NCBI RefSeq assembly: GCF_006345805.1
Contig: NW_021836966.1
Coordinates: 1-22,244 of the forward strand
Origin: Octopus sinensis
Taxonomy: Eukaryota
Direction of reading: 5' to 3'
DNA: 22,244 bases
A model generated the notes under the pieces. It was not told the DNA's origin. It made no database searches and was given only the letters and a program-made list of their open reading frames with translations. The position numbers and the translations under genes are program-made. Positions 19,805 to 22,244 of this stretch are shown piece after piece. Each line of letters opens with the position of its first letter. Position 1 is the first letter of the stretch.

Positions 19805-20317
19805 TCTATATATATAAAACTGTAGTGTGTGAGTGTCTGTTCCCTTCGATTTAGATTCCTAACTACTCCCACATTTTGCGGTGCAGTTTAACCAAATTCG
19901 GGTATCTTATAGTCGTGATTCATATCGAGCCCGTCTGAGTATTAGCGCACGTCTACGATGAGTCTACGATTTTAAAAAATAATTTAACATAATTTTTTAT
20001 TCCATTTTAATGCATAATTTTTCATGTGTCGATGGCGGCGGAGTTGGCGTCCATGGGTCACACCTGCACTTGTTTGCTTCTCCCCCTTCTTCCCTCCCTC
20101 GTGAAGCTGTGGGGAAGGGAGTGTAAGGAAATCAACGTCGTAAAGCGTTGTCAGGAGACCAGCGTTCTTTTAAACAACGACTTCATGGCTTGAAGACACC
20201 AAAACAGAAATGGCTAAGAAAGCCCGAATTGGCATCTATAAGGGAAGTAACTCTCTAAAAATGCTTATATAGTTATTTCCTTACAAACCCGAGCAACGCC
20301 GGGCGATACTGCTATAG
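19805..20317 (+). mobile_element. Non-autonomous Helitron-like element, copy 1
   Basis: a|TCtatatatataaaa start; subterminal hairpin cccgagcaacgccggg (20288-20303); terminus ctatag instead of ctag; matches 20899-21197. Confidence 0.75.
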
Positions 20318-20324
20318 TAGTAAT

Positions 20325-20866
20325 AAAATCCTTCTGAAGGACGTTGTCTGGAATATCACTGAGAACCTCCTGAATCAGTGTCTCCAACTCTCCCAGTTTG
20401 CGAGGTTTTGGCTTGTATATCGCCTCGTGGAATGAGATCTGAACCGCTCGAAGTTCTGGACTTCTGGGCTTCAGCAGTGACAGTGTTCAGGCTCCTGCAC
20501 GTAAAATGGGGTTTCCACGGACGAAAATTCAGTTCTTCATGAAACACCGTACGTATTGTGTCGTGTTAGTCCACTTTCATGAGCTACTTGACGTGTTGAA
20601 TTTTGCGGGCTGCGAGTAAACATTTCCTGCACAGTTGCCACGTTCCCCGCCGATCGGGATGTGATTGGACGGCCACTTTTTCTTGCATCGTTCACAGAGT
20701 TCGTGGTCATCAGCTTTGCACGACAACTTTTTATTGTCTCCGAACTTAGTGTTGCATGCTTATCTTTCCATGCACGCCACCATCTCTAAACCAAAATAGT
20801 TGAATTCCACACTTCATAGCGTGCGGCTATCTTGGTTCGCTCCTGAACAGTCAAGTGACCGGCCGT
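20325..20866 (-). pseudogene. Tc1/mariner-type transposase remnant (N-terminal DNA-binding region fused to C-terminus, catalytic core deleted)
   Basis: (ACG)AGHLTVQERTKIAARYEVWNSTILV*RWW..SVNDARKSGRPITSRS..RSPQNSTRQVAHESG, then FHEELNFRPWKPH, then YKPKPRKLGELETLIQEVLSDIP; mutated start codon, stop and frameshifts. Confidence 0.85.
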
Positions 20867-20898
20867 CTGTAACAAGCGTGTGAATCTGAGAGGGAATA

Positions 20899-21197
20899 TC
20901 TTTATATATAAAAGTGAAGTTGTGTATCTGTCTCCTACGATTTAGATTCCAAACTACTCCCACATTTTGCGGTGCAGTTTAACCAAAACCGGGTATCTTA
21001 TAGTCGTGATTCATATCGAGCCCTTCTGGCTATTAGCGCGCGTCTATGATGAGTCTACGATTTAAAAAAAAAATTACCATCACATTTTCCCATTTTTAAT
21101 GCATTTTTTTGCTATTATATAAGGAAAGTAACTCTCTAAAAATGCTTATATAGTTATTTCCCTTACAAACCCGAGCAACGCCGGGCGAAACTGCTAG
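20899..21197 (+). mobile_element. Non-autonomous Helitron-like element, copy 2
   Basis: a|TCtttatatataaaa start; hairpin 21170-21185; CTAG terminus 21194-21197 (followed by a, not the canonical t). Confidence 0.75.
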
Positions 21198-21344
21198 AAA
21201 AAATAAGACATAAGAAAATAAGAAATCCTCATTAGTGTTATCTGTTAAAAAAATGTTTTCGTCATGTCTTCAGTGATACTAAAATTTTTATAACCAATTT
21301 CTAATGCCTAGTTAATTTCCACCCACCCTATATATATTACACAC

Positions 21345-21363
21345 ACAACACACACCACACACA

Positions 21364-21448
<85 letters not shown>

Positions 21449-21451
21449 ATA
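21345..21451. repeat. (CA)/(TA)n microsatellite
   Basis: Directly visible. Confidence 0.9.
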
Positions 21452-21475
21452 CTCGTATTTAAAAAACCAATTAAA

Positions 21476-22231
21476 ATGTCTGACGTATCTGATTTCCAAA
21501 GAAGACAAATTGTTGGCGCGTGGACGGCTATATCTTCAGACAATGAATTGTTTAATGCTTCGAGAAGAACAGCCTCTAAAACCAGAATAAAACCAGTTCT
21601 GGCAAGCACAATCGGTCTAGACTACGAGAAGTAGTCAATGGCTAAATGAAGCAAGGTAATTTTCTGACGAATTATCATTCACCTTTTTTTTCCCTCACAT
21701 CGGGGCAAGTTTATGTCCGGAAAGAACCGAAAGAAGCCTTCAACTCTGACCGTTTGGTCTCTACTATGAAGCGTCGAGGTGGTTCTATGTTGATTTAAGA
21801 ATTCTCTTGGCCTTTTAATTCTTCTACTGGACAGAATTAATACCAAAGATTATCTGTGTATTATGACCGATAATGTCCCTCCAATTGTACAAACATTGTT
21901 CCTTGATAGTTGCACCATCTTCCAGACTGGTAATGCGCCAATGAATATTGCTAATGTTATTCTAAGTTGGTTCAAAGAGCACGAAAGTGAAGTAGGCCAT
22001 TTGAATTGGCTGCCAAAACCACCAGATCTCACTATAATCGAATATTCATAGTGCATTCATAGCAGCCAGAAAGGAACCGCTTAACAACCTATGCCATCGT
22101 CACTGAAAGAGCTAAAGCGGATTATATTTGGAGAATGACTCGAAATTCTCCAAACAACCGTTTAGAACGTGTACGCCATTGACGTATAAAAGATTGTGGT
22201 TGATACCAAAGGTGGAACAGCCTCATATTAA
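21476..22231 (+). pseudogene. Tc1-family transposase pseudogene, internally deleted
   Basis: MSDVSDFQRRQIVGA N-terminus; FSDELSF, KRRGGSM, FQTGNAP, WLPKPPDLTIIE motifs; stop taa 22229-22231 followed by aataaa; many stops and frameshifts. Confidence 0.88.
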
Positions 22232-22244
22232 CAATAAAATTTTC

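Larger units (their letters stand above)
19775..21328 (-). mobile_element. Tc1/mariner-superfamily relic with degenerate TIRs, hosting two Helitron-like insertions
   Basis: TA-aggtgggcgaaaataagtaggcatta (19773-19800) vs rc of taatgcctagttaatttccacccaccc-TA (21302-21330), about 25/31 identity; transposase remnant inside. Confidence 0.6.

Overview
AT-rich, repeat-saturated animal genomic DNA (intergenic or intronic). I find no intact protein-coding gene, rRNA or tRNA gene; nearly all tracked ORFs are translated microsatellites or transposon debris. The SINE families resemble, from memory, those of octopus/cephalopod genomes (inference, not checked). Contents: tRNA-headed SINEs, a decayed R4/Dong-clade RLE non-LTR retrotransposon, three copies of a ~555 bp (AAT)n-embedded repeat, mariner-derived MITEs, a GG-terminal MITE with 8-bp TSD, two Helitron-like elements nested in a Tc1/mariner relic, a Tc1 transposase pseudogene, a degenerate (TTAGGG)n tract and many microsatellites. 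Main observation: three sequence-unrelated families of head-to-head palindromic elements each carry a type I hammerhead ribozyme motif in both arms, reading outward from the centre. The best case is a near-perfect 311/313-bp inverted repeat (14245-14940) with a complete 107-nt hammerhead and a long G-U-rich stem II. All folding and alignment was done by eye; no activity is demonstrated.
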